A stretch of DNA of 64,000 bases from Octopus vulgaris. Taxonomy: Eukaryota. Below the pieces are notes generated by a model, which was not told where the DNA came from, ran no database searches, and worked only from the letters and a program-made list of their open reading frames with translations. Shown here one piece after another: positions 14,362-29,172 of this stretch. Location of the stretch: contig OX597834.1 in assembly GCA_951406725.2 (NCBI GenBank), positions 27,218,001 to 27,282,000 on the forward strand, given 5' to 3'. Position 1 is the stretch's first letter. The number at the start of each line of letters is the position of its first letter. A program made the translations under genes and the position numbers.

Positions 14362-14860
14362 AGAAGTATACCAAATGTTAATGCAGATAAAGTTTGAACA
14401 ACAAAATCTTATATGGACCGCCATCGGCACAATGGAACCCAGTTGAGAGCCATTGATATCGATGCTCCACCAATTGGCTGGATATATCGCCAAGTAAGTA
14501 GTATGGGTGTCCCAAATATAAAACTCCACGACAACAGCAGCAGCGGCAACAACAAAACGGAGGAAAACCTGCAGCTACAGTTGCTGCTGCTGCTGTACTT
14601 AAACTGTGCTAATAGTGGTGCACTCACCACCTTTCTGTTTTGTTTTTTTTTTGTTTTTGTTTTTGTTTTTGTTTTTGTTACTTCTCGGCTCTTCTGATAA
14701 CCAGACTCACCCCACCACCTCCCTAAATTAATTCTTTTAGACGTGATTAACACATTAAGTTTTTTGCTTTTTAGTCGGTGTGAAAATAGCGTTTGTTTTT
14801 CTCTTTACACCAGGCTCAGTGGTTAGCAGCAGCAGCAGCAGCAGCAGTAGTTGTAGCAGC

Positions 14861-14907
<47 letters not shown>

Positions 14908-14938
14908 AAGAAGAAGTAGTAGTAGTAGTAGTAGTAGT

Positions 14939-15000
<62 letters not shown>

Positions 15001-15016
15001 AAGAAGAAGAAGAAGA

Positions 15017-15060
<44 letters not shown>

Positions 15061-15419
15061 AAGAAGTAGTAGTAGTAGTAGCAGCAGCAGCAATAATTGT
15101 AGTGGTGATAGTGATGATGGTGGTGGTGGTGGTGGTGGTGGTGGTGGTGAGGGTTAATTTGGGTGTCGGTTAATAATGGTTGTAATGCATAATACGAAAT
15201 AATGTGTATGCGTGTGAATATGAGTAAGTACATAAAACCATATATGTAGACATGTATGCATGCGTTTATGTAAGTTATGTGTATGTATATATAGCTATAA
15301 ATGTTTATGTATGTATATATATACACATACATACACATATATAAATATACATACACACATACTCACTCATACACCACACATATGCATAGGTATGTATCTA
15401 TACATATATATGTATATAT

Positions 15420-15466
<47 letters not shown>

Positions 15467-15701
15467 TATGTACACATATGCATATATATATGTACATATA
15501 TATGTTTATTCATGTGAACGTATATATATATGTATATATATATATATTATATGAATATATATATATATATATATATACATATATACATACGTATATATAT
15601 GTACACATGCATAAATATATATGTACATATATGTGTTTATTCGTGTGAACATATATATATGTATATATATGTGTACGTCACAGAGAAGAGAGGAAGAGAG
15701 A

Positions 15702-15744
<43 letters not shown>

Positions 15745-15970
15745 GCTGGAGTGAAACACTGTCGGTGGCCTAATGGAGGCGCGTGGGTCGTTGGTAGGTG
15801 GTAAGCATCTCTGATTACTACGGGGAAAATTGGCCAAACTGTAGAGACAGACTGTCGAACTATGAGAGAACTTGAAACAAAAACACATCAAACAAAAAAA
15901 AAAGGAAAAAGAGTCACCCAAGAAAACAGCTAAACAACAAAACGTTGTTATCGTCTGCTCAAACATGGCG

Positions 15971-16187
15971 TTGTTTGATAAACCCAACATAATCTAATAT
16001 GGTGTTTATGACCTATTTAGGTGTAGTTTCGTTAAGAAATTGTTTGATAGAGTTAAAATAATAAAACATGGTGGTTGAGATTTGCTCAGAAGAGTGTTTG
16101 CTTAAAAATTGTTTGATAGATATAACACAACCAAATGTGGTGTTTAGGTTTGGGTTAAAAGTAATTTTCATAATGAATTGTTTGATA
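15971..16187. repeat. Diverged tandem repeat with an exact 69-bp period
   Basis: TTGTTTGATA starts at 15971, 16040, 16109 and 16178. A second submotif RTGGTG(T/G)TT recurs at a fixed offset. Confidence 0.8.
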
Positions 16188-16479
16188 TTTTTCGTCTTAT
16201 ATTTCATTTTATATTTCGTTTGCAAGAATCTTGATGTGAACTCGTCTATTGAAACATATTTTGTTGTACCTCAGGAGGGTCATTATGCAGATAATACATA
16301 CATGGCACTGGTTAAGCAGACTTGGAGTGGTGCAGATATATCATTGATGAGATTGCAAGCGGCGACGAAAGGACTTTGAAAAAAAGTAGCTGATTGATTG
16401 ATTGATGAAACATCAATCAAATTACGGATTAGTCAATCGGTTAAATGGTTAATCAGTCGACAAGTAATAATAAAAGAAG

Positions 16480-16760
16480 TGAAATTATTGGTACTACTAC
16501 CACCTTTTTCAGCGACCACAACTGCTTAACCTCCAAAGCTAACCTGTTATATCTATCGACTTTACTTTCTTCCTTATCGCATACCTTGTTGTCAACTGGG
16601 CATGCTATAACTATTATCCAGCATCGTTTGCTTTCTTTCTCAATTAACACTAGGTCTGGTTTCCTAATCCCTATCTCAGGGTTGCACTAAATCATAAAAT
16701 CCCATTGGCTCTTTGCATTATCATGTTCGATGATGCCTTCGAGTTATGTTCGTATCTGTT
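16480..16760 (-). mobile_element. R4/Dong-clade LINE fragment: restriction-like endonuclease domain
   Basis: WDFMI*CNPEIGIRKPDLVLIEKESKRCWIIVIACPVDNKVCDKEESKVDRYNRLALEVKQLWSLKKVVVVPII matches the PD..D..KE.EK..KY..L..E...LW pattern. Confidence 0.85.
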
Positions 16761-16844
16761 GAGTCCTGAGATTGACGTAATCGACTTAAACCTTCATACG
16801 AAATTCCTGATCTTGTGTCAAAATATGAAATATTTATTGAAGAT

Positions 16845-17280
16845 GGCCTGCTGGCAGAATCGTTAGCGCGCCTGGCGAAATATTTAGCGGCATTTCATCT
16901 GTCTTTACGTTCGGAGTTCAAATTTCGCCGAGGTCGACTTTGCCTTTCATCCTTTCGGGGTCGATAATTTAAGTACCAGTTACGCACTGGGGTCAATGTA
17001 ATTGACTTAATCCGTTTGTCTGTCCTTGTTTGTTCTCTCTATGTTTAGCCCCTTGTGGGCAATAAAGAAATAAAAAACGTTTCGCCGGGCGAAACGTTTG
17101 GCGGCATTTCGTCTGTGTTTATGTTCGGAATTCAAATTTCGCCGAGGTCGACTTTGCTTTCTATCCTCTTCCTCTCAGGGTCGATAAATTAAGTACCTGT
17201 GAAACACTGGGGTCGATATAATAGGCTAGTCCCTTCCCTACAAATTTCAGGCCTTGTGCTTTTAGTAGAAAGGATAATTA
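16845..17280 (+). mobile_element. Dimeric SINE family C (C1 then C2 tail) followed by a long (TTA)n array
   Basis: Two head/core units. The second ends AAATTTCAGGCCTTGTGCTTTAGTAGAAAGGAT(TAT)n. Confidence 0.85.
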
Positions 17281-17328
17281 TTATTATTATTTCTTCCTCT
17301 TCCGCGTCGTCGTCGTCGTCTTTGTCGC

Positions 17329-17408
<80 letters not shown>

Positions 17409-17425
17409 TATTATTATTATTATTA

Positions 17426-17523
<98 letters not shown>

Positions 17524-17564
17524 CATTATTATCATTATTATTATTATTATCATTATTATTATCA

Positions 17565-17595
<31 letters not shown>

Positions 17596-17624
17596 TATTA
17601 TCATCATCATCATCATCATCATCA

Positions 17625-17682
<58 letters not shown>

Positions 17683-17992
17683 CATTATTATTATTATTAC
17701 TTTAATTTTATTAATGAAACTATTTAACTTACAATACAAATTATATTAATGAAAACGTGACGGTTTTATTATTCCCAAGCTGGATCTCATTGGTCAACGT
17801 ATTGTCCATGAGAATGTTGCTGTTATTAGTGCTACTGTTGTTGTTGCTGTTGTTAATGTTATTAACCGTGTAAATAATTGTGTTTTTTTCAGACAATGGC
17901 GCATTACAAAATTGTCCCAGGAGGCAGAAAAGAGCTACTTTCTAGGCGATATTCTACACTCCATTAATAACTATAGTTATACTACAATTACA

Positions 17993-18160
17993 GCACACAA
18001 ACACAGAATCACACACAACCACACACACACACACACACAAACACAGAATCACACACAACCACACACACACACACACACACACAGAATCACACACAACCAC
18101 ACACACACACACACAAACACAGAATCACACACAACCACACACACACACACAAACACAGAA

Positions 18161-18199
<39 letters not shown>

Positions 18200-18322
18200 G
18201 AATCACACACAACCACACACACACACACAAACACAGAATCACACACAACCACACACACACACACACAAACACAGAATCACACACAACCACACACACACAC
18301 ACAAACACAGAATCACACACAA

Positions 18323-18367
<45 letters not shown>

Positions 18368-18420
18368 GAATCACACACAACCACACACACACACACATAC
18401 ACACACACAGAATCACACAC

Positions 18421-18425
<5 letters not shown>
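17993..18425. repeat. Minisatellite: ~30-bp unit AAACACAGAATCACACACAACC(AC)n, about 13 copies
   Basis: Directly visible, with a variable CA tract length per unit. Confidence 0.9.
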
Positions 18426-18473
<48 letters not shown>

Positions 18474-18634
18474 CGGATACGGACATGTGCACCTCACACA
18501 CACACAAACTTATATATATGCGTACATATGTACACACAGATATATACACACACACATACTTCTATAGGTCTGGTAGGAACAATTGAATATTTAAAACGCA
18601 AAATGTAATACATGAGTCCGGATACCTTATTCAT

Positions 18635-18950
18635 GTGAAGGTGTGTGGCTTCGCGGTTACGTTGTTTAGCTCGCGATCGAAAGGTCGTGAGTTCGCCACT
18701 CGGCGGTACTTTGCGTTCTTAAGCAAGACACTTTATTTCTCGTTGCTCTAGTCTACTCAACAGGGAAAATCAGTTATACCGGTAATTCAAAGGGCCAGCC
18801 TTCTCACATTCATTCCGATCTCCTGAGAACTACGTTAAGGGTACGCTTGTCTGTGGAGTACTCAGCCACATGCATGATAATTTGATGAGCAGGCTGCTTC
18901 GTTGATCGGATCAACTGGAACGTTCTTCGTCGTAACCGACGAATGCCAGA
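18635..18950 (+). mobile_element. Old tRNA/CORE-like SINE sharing the family A 3' tail
   Basis: Degenerate A/B boxes, then TTCTTAAGCAAGACACTTTATTTC (CORE-like), then GAGAACTACGTTAAGGGTAC...CGTCGTAACCGACG (family A tail). Confidence 0.75.
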
Positions 18951-18984
18951 ATAGCTTATTCATTATTCTAATTGGCTGAAAGAC

Positions 18985-19034
<50 letters not shown>

Positions 19035-19779
19035 GAAAGAATGGAGTTGAACGACGAATTAACAAAATTCCTTTATTTCGACCCATGTTTCGAAGGCTGC
19101 ATATTCCTAATTGCGAAGGAATAAGGAGTATATTATACCGCTTTTAAATTTCCACACGAAAGCACGTAACTTCAAACGTGTCTTTTCTGATGTGAATTTG
19201 CTACCCAGGTATCGGTTAACCGAATTATCCATAACAAGATAATTCATTCAACTACTTATATATATATACACAGAGTTATTAGTGAGAGATTATCAATCCG
19301 GGCTAAATACTTGTTAGCCTGGTGTACTCACTGTTAATACACCAGGTTAACAATATTGTTTACATTCGTAAAGAACACCGAAATTTATCACCGTTCTAAA
19401 TTGTAAATCCATGGTTGCGCTCCAGTTATACTGGCTTTTATACAGGGTAGATTTGTTCGACTTCAGTTCTGAGTGATTGGTTGTTGATTACTGCCGACAT
19501 GAAACAATGGGAACCAGAAAGTCACAAGTATTTTCTAATACCAGGACGTGTCGCAAGGCTCATAGACCACAGCTGAACACATGCAATTGTCGAATGGTAC
19601 CCAAGAGATCTGAAAAGGCCATGACGATGAAATGGTTTCGTCAAGCAATTTGGATCAAAATGGAAAGGATTAACGCAATCAAGACAAAACCGGAAGCGCT
19701 TTGTGACATGCAGTGTATGATAGCACCTGAGGGTTTGGTTGATACTGTGATACGTATGTAGTTAATATAGGTATATATG

Positions 19780-19814
<35 letters not shown>

Positions 19815-20134
19815 GGGGTGGGGGGTGCACGTAACGCCGCAATAATATAAGAATAAATGTTTTTATATATAAAGAACGTGAAATACAGGAAGGGACGAAC
19901 ACGGAACACAGACAAATCATTCGAAGCCTTCAATCTTAATTACAAGTATAATTATAACTAGGGTTCAGCAGAAAAAAAATTTGCTTTGCCACATACCGAA
20001 CTTTTAGAAATAGTTGCCAAAGCACTTAGCTATTTCTTCTACCATAAGAAGGATCTCCCAGACAATGTATACTCAAAAACAATTCACGTAGGCATAGAGG
20101 GAAAAATAGCGAAAATTCACCCGTCATTTGATTA

Positions 20135-20217
20135 CTTGTGGACGCGTTTCTGAGTTAAATACATATGGAGATGCAAGAATTACATCTCTATTCTATTATT
20201 CTCATCATCAGCACAAA
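20135..20217 (-). ncRNA. Type I hammerhead ribozyme with canonical core and extended stem II
   Basis: Minus strand reads UUUGUG-CUGAUGA-UGAG-[insert containing a GAGAUGUAA/UUGCAUCUC hairpin]-CUCA-GAAA-CGCG-UC-CACAAG. Confidence 0.8.
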
Positions 20218-20224
20218 GATTTCA

Positions 20225-20285
<61 letters not shown>

Positions 20286-20349
20286 CATGCATATGCACAC
20301 TCCACCTCCCACATACATATATTGATATATATATATATATATATATATC

Positions 20350-20531
20350 AGAGGTGATACTGTACTCAGTGCTTCTGCTACACCGATGCAGTAGAAGAGG
20401 GAGACTGAGGATGGCATATGTTGATGCCCTAAGGACAGACATTGGTCTCTGTGAGACACAAGACATGACACCGATGACCAGGCACAAAGACCACTGGAGA
20501 GAACGTCAATGGATCTCGAGTATTTTACCCG

Positions 20532-20535
<4 letters not shown>
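20350..20535 (+). mobile_element. RTE-clade LINE C-terminal remnant
   Basis: [38 protein letters not shown] resembles the RGRP..tyvD.l..DtG....l...m.dr..Wr motif. Confidence 0.65.
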
Positions 20536-20581
<46 letters not shown>

Positions 20582-20636
20582 ATATATTTAATATAAGTAA
20601 ATGAATGCATAAACATATATATATAGGCATATAAAC

Positions 20637-20667
<31 letters not shown>

Positions 20668-20683
20668 TGTATGTATGTATGTA

Positions 20684-20717
<34 letters not shown>

Positions 20718-20869
20718 TACACATATACTCATACGCACATACTCACACACACAGATACACGTTTGTATATATGTATATATACATATACATATGTGTGTGA
20801 GAGAGAGAGAGAGAGAAAGAGGGAGAAAGCGCGCTCGCGTGTGTGTGTGTGTGCGCGCACGTGTGTATG

Positions 20870-20904
<35 letters not shown>

Positions 20905-20971
20905 AACCGCTGAATTCATTCTCCGTTTTTTTTTTTTTTCATTCTATCTCCATTTATTTTTACCCTTATTC

Positions 20972-21006
20972 TTTTCTAACGAAGAGCGTAGGCTCGAAAT
21001 ATAAAA
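20972..21006 (+). ncRNA. Decayed minimal hammerhead motif in a Penelope-like end remnant
   Basis: TTTT-CTAACGA-A-GAGC-GTAG-GCTC-GAAA-TA-TA-AAA. Same layout as 41406-41440, but G5 is mutated. Confidence 0.5.
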
Positions 21007-21480
21007 TCTCTACAGCATTAAACTAATACACCTGTTTGTTGTGCCTACACCTGTCTTCGTCTTTTGTTCTAGTGGATGTATGTGTGTATGTGTATATAAA
21101 TGTACATACATACATCCATACAGGGGTATATGTCCCACATGCATACCATATATTTCGCGTTACGTTTATATAATTGATATAATCTGAACGTTAAACGAAG
21201 GCTTGGAGCTCGGGATAGTTTCGCCTCATTCCAAAGAATAACATTTTCCAGAAGTTTGTAGGTCAATTCTTAACTTTACACGACCTCAAACGATAAAAAT
21301 AGATTTTTGGTCGAATAGAACTTGATGACATTTCACAGGGAAACATGTCAACCACCGCCAAAACATAATTATATTTGTGTATGTGCGTATGGGTCAATGT
21401 GCGTGCGAGTGCATGATGTATATGCGCATGTGTGTATATATATATATTTATATATATGTATGTATATATACATATATATA

Positions 21481-21528
<48 letters not shown>

Positions 21529-21679
21529 TCATATATATATATACGCACGCATATATATAATGGATGTGTGTATATATATATGTATATGTATATATATTTA
21601 TGCGTATTTGTACATACGCACACACTCACTCACACACAGACGCACGCACATATATATGTACATATAGATATGTGTATGG

Positions 21680-21744
<65 letters not shown>

Positions 21745-21844
21745 CATACATATACATAGAGACATACCCATACAGAACCACACTAATACACAAATCCACA
21801 CATATACGCATAAATATATTTACTTACACACACGCCGACAGACG

Positions 21845-21883
<39 letters not shown>

Positions 21884-21947
21884 GTTTTATGTACTCATAC
21901 CTGTACATATATACATATTTAAATATACATGTAATGTATATATATTT

Positions 21948-21978
<31 letters not shown>

Positions 21979-22140
21979 ACTGTGTATGTATGCGTGCGTA
22001 GGAGGCATGCATATACATATATATTTGTGAATATTCATATATGTGTATTTAAGTATATACCAGTGTGTGTGTGTGTGTGTGTATTAAGTAGAGAAATGTG
22101 TATACAGATAGAGAAAGCTTACACACATATATATAATAGA

Positions 22141-22440
22141 CTAGCAGTATCGCCCGGCGTTGCTCGGGTTTGTAAGGGAAATAACTATATAAGCATTTTT
22201 AGAGAGTTATAGCCAAAAAATAGCAAAAAATGCATCAAAAATGGAAAAAAAAATGATGGTAAATTTTTTTTAAATCGTTGACTCATCGTAGACATTTTTA
22301 GAGAGTTACTTCCCTTATATAATAGCGAAAAAATGCATTAAAATGGGAAAAAAAGGGTAAATTTTTTTTTGAAATGTGGGAGTAGTTAGGAATCTAAATC
22401 GTAGGAGACAGACACACAACCTTACTTTTATATATAAAGA
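22141..22440 (-). mobile_element. Non-autonomous Helitron
   Basis: Minus strand A|TC start, subterminal CCCGAGCAACGCCGGG hairpin, CTAG|T end, no TSD. Confidence 0.85.
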
Positions 22441-22565
22441 TTACTACACGGTGTGTATACATATAGAAAAAACAAATGTATGTATGTATATATAAATACA
22501 TGCTACTATATGGATATTTCTATGTGACTTTAGCTACTTCATTATATGCCTACTAATATATATTT

Positions 22566-23004
22566 TTTATTCTTTTATTCTCTTACTTGTTTCAGTCATT
22601 TGACTGCGGCCATGCTGTAGCACCGCGTGAAGTCGAACAAATCGACCCCAAGACTTATTCTTTGTAAACTCGGTATTTATTCTATCGGTCTCCTTTGCTG
22701 AATCGTTAAGTTACGGGGACGTAATTTCAACACACCAACATCGGTTGTCAAGCGATGATGGGGAGACAAACACGGACAAACACACACATACACACACATA
22801 TATATACGCACATATACACACACACTCACATACATATATACGATGGGCTTCTTTCCGTTTCCGCTTACTAAAACCACTCACAAGGCTTTGATCGACCTCA
22901 AGCCATAGTAGAAGACACTTGCCCTAGGTGTCACGCAGTGGAACTGAACCCGGAACCCGGTGGTTGGGAAGCAAGCTTCTTACCTCACAACCATCCCTGC
23001 GCGC

Positions 23005-23005
<1 letters not shown>
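22566..23005 (-). mobile_element. SINE family B
   Basis: Homologous to other family B copies across its length. Confidence 0.85.
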
Positions 23006-23074
<69 letters not shown>

Positions 23075-23094
23075 ATATATATATATATTCATAC

Positions 23095-23129
<35 letters not shown>

Positions 23130-23981
23130 CATATATATATATGTGTATATATATATATGTATATATATACATACATATATATATATATACATATATATAC
23201 ACACACAGGCATATATATATTCATATGTATATATATATGTATATGAGTGTGTGTATTTGTATACATACATAAATATATATGCATATATTTATATATGCAT
23301 ATATAAATATATATGCATATACATACATAAATTCATATGCATATATTTATATATGTACATATATATATACATATATACACATATATGTATACACTCACAC
23401 ACACACACACACACATATATATAAATGTATATATAGCTTTGATTTTCATGAATAGGGCTGTATATAGACAAATAGATAGAGAGGGAGAGGGAGTTAGAGA
23501 GAAACGGAGCGATAGGGAGTAACAGGGAGAGACACATACATACATATAGGCATGTAGATCTGTGTATATAAATATTGGTGCACATATAGACAGGCGTATA
23601 CATACATACACATACATATATATAGAGTGAGATAGCATGATATATGTCGACTTATTTATATATAACATATTAACATGTTTATGTGTGTGTGTGTGTGTGA
23701 TCAATCATATTCTTATATTCATGGTTATCTGTGAGAGTGTGTATGTACGTTTATATGATCATATGTATACCAGGTGGTATATTTAATTTATACATGTAAG
23801 TGTTTGTGATATATATCTGTAATGTATATATATATATATATATATGTACACATATATGTATATGAATACAGATATATACATACATGCACATGTATGTATA
23901 TACACACACATATATATATACATGCACAAATACACACACACACACACGTACATATATATATATGTATACACCGACATACAA

Positions 23982-24077
<96 letters not shown>

Positions 24078-24143
24078 TTGTGTAGAAGGCTTTTACTTTG
24101 TCTTATATATATATGTGTGTATGTATATATGTATATATATATT

Positions 24144-24175
<32 letters not shown>

Positions 24176-24238
24176 CACTCCCGAAGATGTTTATATGTAT
24201 TTATATAGATAGAAAGTTAGATAGATAGATAGACACAC

Positions 24239-24319
<81 letters not shown>

Positions 24320-24917
24320 TACATACATACACAGTGATGGATGTACGGTTGAATATACAAATACATTAAATGATTGATTGAAAGTTAGACAGATTGAATG
24401 GTATATATATATATATACGTATGAATGTATGTATACTGAAATTGATAGGTTGATAGATCTATGATATAAACTGCCATCATAAATTCTTAGCAGGAGGTAG
24501 ACTGCTTAAAACAAGGCTAGACATAAAAGCATTATGAAGCACCGTGAATCTACATTTTTACGCGTGAATACAACCATTGTCTTGGTGGGATATGCAGGAA
24601 ATCCATACATACACAGAGACACATACATACATACATACATACATACGCGGGAACCAACGAACAGACTAACAGGTAGAAAAGGCACACAGGGACACATGCA
24701 CACATTGATACGCACAAACACAAACACAAACGAAAACGCAAACACAAAAATGGACGAAAGTATGTATGAACGCACACGCAGAGAAAGATTTGCAGACAGG
24801 CGCTTTAGAGTGTGTTGCCGTTAGAATTGGGTATACAAAACGAGACACACACAGAAGTAGAAATGTGCACGTGTGCATGTATGTATGTAAGTATGTAAGT
24901 GTGTATGTTTGTATATA

Positions 24918-24987
<70 letters not shown>

Positions 24988-25154
24988 TGCATGTGTGAGT
25001 GTGTGAGTGTGTGTGAATATATATGTATACATTTATGTATATATATATGTACATGTATATATATATGTATATATATATATGTATATATGCATATACATAT
25101 ACATATATATATACGTATATATATGCATATATGTGTATGCATATATATATATGC

Positions 25155-25201
<47 letters not shown>

Positions 25202-25310
25202 TATACATATACATATATATGTATATATATATGCATATACATATACATACACACACACACACACACAGATATATATATATATACGCATGTATGTATGTGT
25301 GAATATATAT

Positions 25311-25474
25311 AGGCGCAGGCGTGACTGTGTGCTAAGAAGCTTGCTTCGCAATCACATGGTTTCGGGTTCAGTGTCACAGCGTGGCACATCTGGTATGTGT
25401 CTTCGACTATAGCCTCGGCCCCATCAAAGCCCTGCGAGTAGATGGAAACTGAACGAAGCACGTCGTATATATAC

Positions 25475-25538
<64 letters not shown>

Positions 25539-25606
25539 TTGTGTGTGTGTATCTGTGTTTGTCCCCCCCCCAGCATGGCCGCAGTCAAACGACTGAAACA
25601 AGTACA
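25311..25606 (+). mobile_element. SINE family B, internally deleted
   Basis: Head AGGCGCAGGCGTGACTGTGTGCTAAG and tail CAGCATGGCCGCAGTCAAACGACTGAAACAAGTA. Confidence 0.8.
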
Positions 25607-25613
25607 AATATAT

Positions 25614-25649
<36 letters not shown>

Positions 25650-25749
25650 CCGGAGTAAACACATAAATGTGAAACAAGGTGGAAAAAAGAGTACTCAAAT
25701 ACCAGTGGTAGAAACAGGTTTTGTTGAATTTTCTGCTGCTTTAAATAAA

Positions 25750-25789
<40 letters not shown>

Positions 25790-25913
25790 TGAAACAAGTA
25801 CAAGAATATATATATATATATATATACATAAATGTGAAACAAGGTGGGAAAATGTACTCAAATACCAGTGGTAGAAACAGGTTTTTTTAGAATTTTCTCC
25901 TGCTTTAAATAAA

Positions 25914-25954
<41 letters not shown>

Positions 25955-26197
25955 CACACACATTCACACATACCTAAATTTATACAGCAATATACGGATA
26001 TTATTAACAGTTAACATTATCAGACAGGTGTTTCTTTAAATTTCAAATGTACTCTACGTGAATTTGTGTGTGTGTGTGTGTGTGTGTGAGTGAGAGAGAG
26101 AGAGAGAGACACTAAATATATGTGTGCATGTTTTTATGTGCGCTCGCGCACACACCCAGGCGCTCACACACACACACTCACATGCACGGAGATACAC

Positions 26198-26236
<39 letters not shown>

Positions 26237-26317
26237 CTCACATATTTAAATCTGTATTGTATATATAAATTTACACACACAAATATACAGACACACATCC
26301 ACTCACACACACACGCA

Positions 26318-26370
<53 letters not shown>

Positions 26371-26508
26371 TTCTAATATAAGAATAAAGTTTTATTAAAA
26401 AATTTATCACTGGCCAGCATATGAAAAATACCTTTCAACATGAAAATTACCCAATGTTTTTATAATTATACACACACGCACATACACACATACACACATA
26501 CACACACA

Positions 26509-26547
<39 letters not shown>

Positions 26548-26830
26548 GATTTCATGTAAAACATATAACACATGGTTATATAATATATATTCATGTACCT
26601 GCTGTTACATCCATGCGCATATATAGGTATGTACAGAAAAATATAGATTTATTTTGTATGTACATATATTGAAACTGATATATTTGTTAACGTATATCTG
26701 TGTTACGTATATATTCACACTTTTATCAATGCATGAATGTATGTATTTATGTATGCATATATATATATATGTATTTATATACAAACACAGACACACATAT
26801 ATATAGAGAGATAAATTAATGTATAAATGC

Positions 26831-26861
<31 letters not shown>

Positions 26862-26876
26862 CGTGCATACATACAT

Positions 26877-26967
<91 letters not shown>

Positions 26968-27284
26968 TGCATTTATATTTATACGTATATACACTGATAT
27001 ACACCAAACCTAGACCCAGTTTTGAGACGGATCAGCGGTTTAAACTAGATTTGGTACACATCTATAGTATCCTACAAGGACTTGATACCTTCATTGCTGC
27101 GTTACCACTTGTGCCGAGCCAATTCAGGCGTCTTACTTTCTGCTCTGCGTAGATTCTTTTGAATCCTATAACTAAAAAATATGTTTATATGCGTGTATAT
27201 ATGTAGGCATATGAATGTATGTATATACGTGTGCATGTATCCCATTTTCCTTATCTCTAATCACCCTCTCTCTATATGTATCTG

Positions 27285-27358
<74 letters not shown>

Positions 27359-27675
27359 CATGTACCCCCTTCTCTTTGTCTATCATGGTATATGTCAAAT
27401 ATTTTTTATGCATACTTGATGCGCAACCCACAGCATTAATATGCCGGAGGGCTTCAGCTAACACTGAAGGCATATTTATCTATGTACATTTGTATGTATG
27501 AATGTATGTATATACGTACGTATATATGTATGTATATATGTATGTAAGTATGTATGCATTTATTCTACATATGCGTGTATGCTTCAAAGAATTATTAATA
27601 TTATGGATGTATGTATATATGTATTTTATATAAATGTATGCATGTATAAGTATACATATAATCATATATTTATAC

Positions 27676-27762
<87 letters not shown>

Positions 27763-28040
27763 ACTATATGTATACATATATATACAAATGTATAGATGTA
27801 TACATATATATATGTATATGCATATATATTTGTATGGACTGAAATAATAAACGGATGTATGCGTGTTTGAATGAATGCATATGCATCCCAAAATATATAA
27901 ACCCGTTCATCTATCTACCTATTCAGTCTCCCATCTATCTATCAATCAATTTATTCACGTATGTATATAGGTACATATGTATTATGCATGAATGTATGTA
28001 TATCTCTAACTATCTGTATTTCTATATGAATATGTAAGTG

Positions 28041-28107
<67 letters not shown>

Positions 28108-28114
28108 GTGTGTG

Positions 28115-28161
<47 letters not shown>

Positions 28162-28529
28162 GTGTGTATTAGAGTGTGTATGTATGTTTTTGTATAAATA
28201 TATATACAAACATATTTATGTATACATACACACACGCATATATATAAGTATACATATATATATATGTATATATGTATGTACATATATATATATAACTATA
28301 TACATATATAGAGCTATGCCTAATCATGTTGTGTTATTCGATATACTAGTATAATAATACTTATAAATGTCTTTAGATCCTTTGTTACAATCATACATAC
28401 ATACGTACGTACATGCATAGATGCATAATACATACATGCATCCATATATATATATATATATATATATATGCATATATATATGCATGTATATGTGTTTATA
28501 TATGTATACATATATATACAATTTTATAT

Positions 28530-28627
<98 letters not shown>

Positions 28628-28723
28628 GTATATATACTCTTTTACTTGTTTCACTCACTTGACTGTGGCCACGTTGGAGCACATTCGTGCTTTGAACACA
28701 TACACACAAATATACATACATAC

Positions 28724-28800
<77 letters not shown>

Positions 28801-28804
28801 TATG

Positions 28805-28862
<58 letters not shown>

Positions 28863-29101
28863 GCATACACATAGATATATATGAATATATGTTTATATAA
28901 ATGTGTATATTTATACGTTTATTGAAACTCTAAATTTGTCACAAATCTTTCCTGTGATAATTTTGTAGCTTTAATAAAAGCATGTCGCTCTGCATTTGGT
29001 ATTCGAGTGCTACTTTTTTTCACCTTGTTTTGCATGTATATGCTTAGTTTATGTGTATGTATATCTATATACATACATACATACATACATACATACATAC
29101 A

Positions 29102-29172
<71 letters not shown>

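Noticed and set aside
15971-18425. CRISPR-like appearance of the 69-bp periodic motif and the 30-bp minisatellite
   Set aside because: Eukaryotic context, no cas genes, a repeat core of only 10 bp, and spacers that are related to each other or are simple CA tracts.
19477-19761. 94-aa ORF containing TCNCR
   Set aside because: Only a faint resemblance to a Penelope Cys motif, with no supporting downstream GIY-YIG pattern. Left unassigned.
21320-21355. TTGATGA...GAAACATGTC hammerhead-like string
   Set aside because: No stem I or stem II complementarity.
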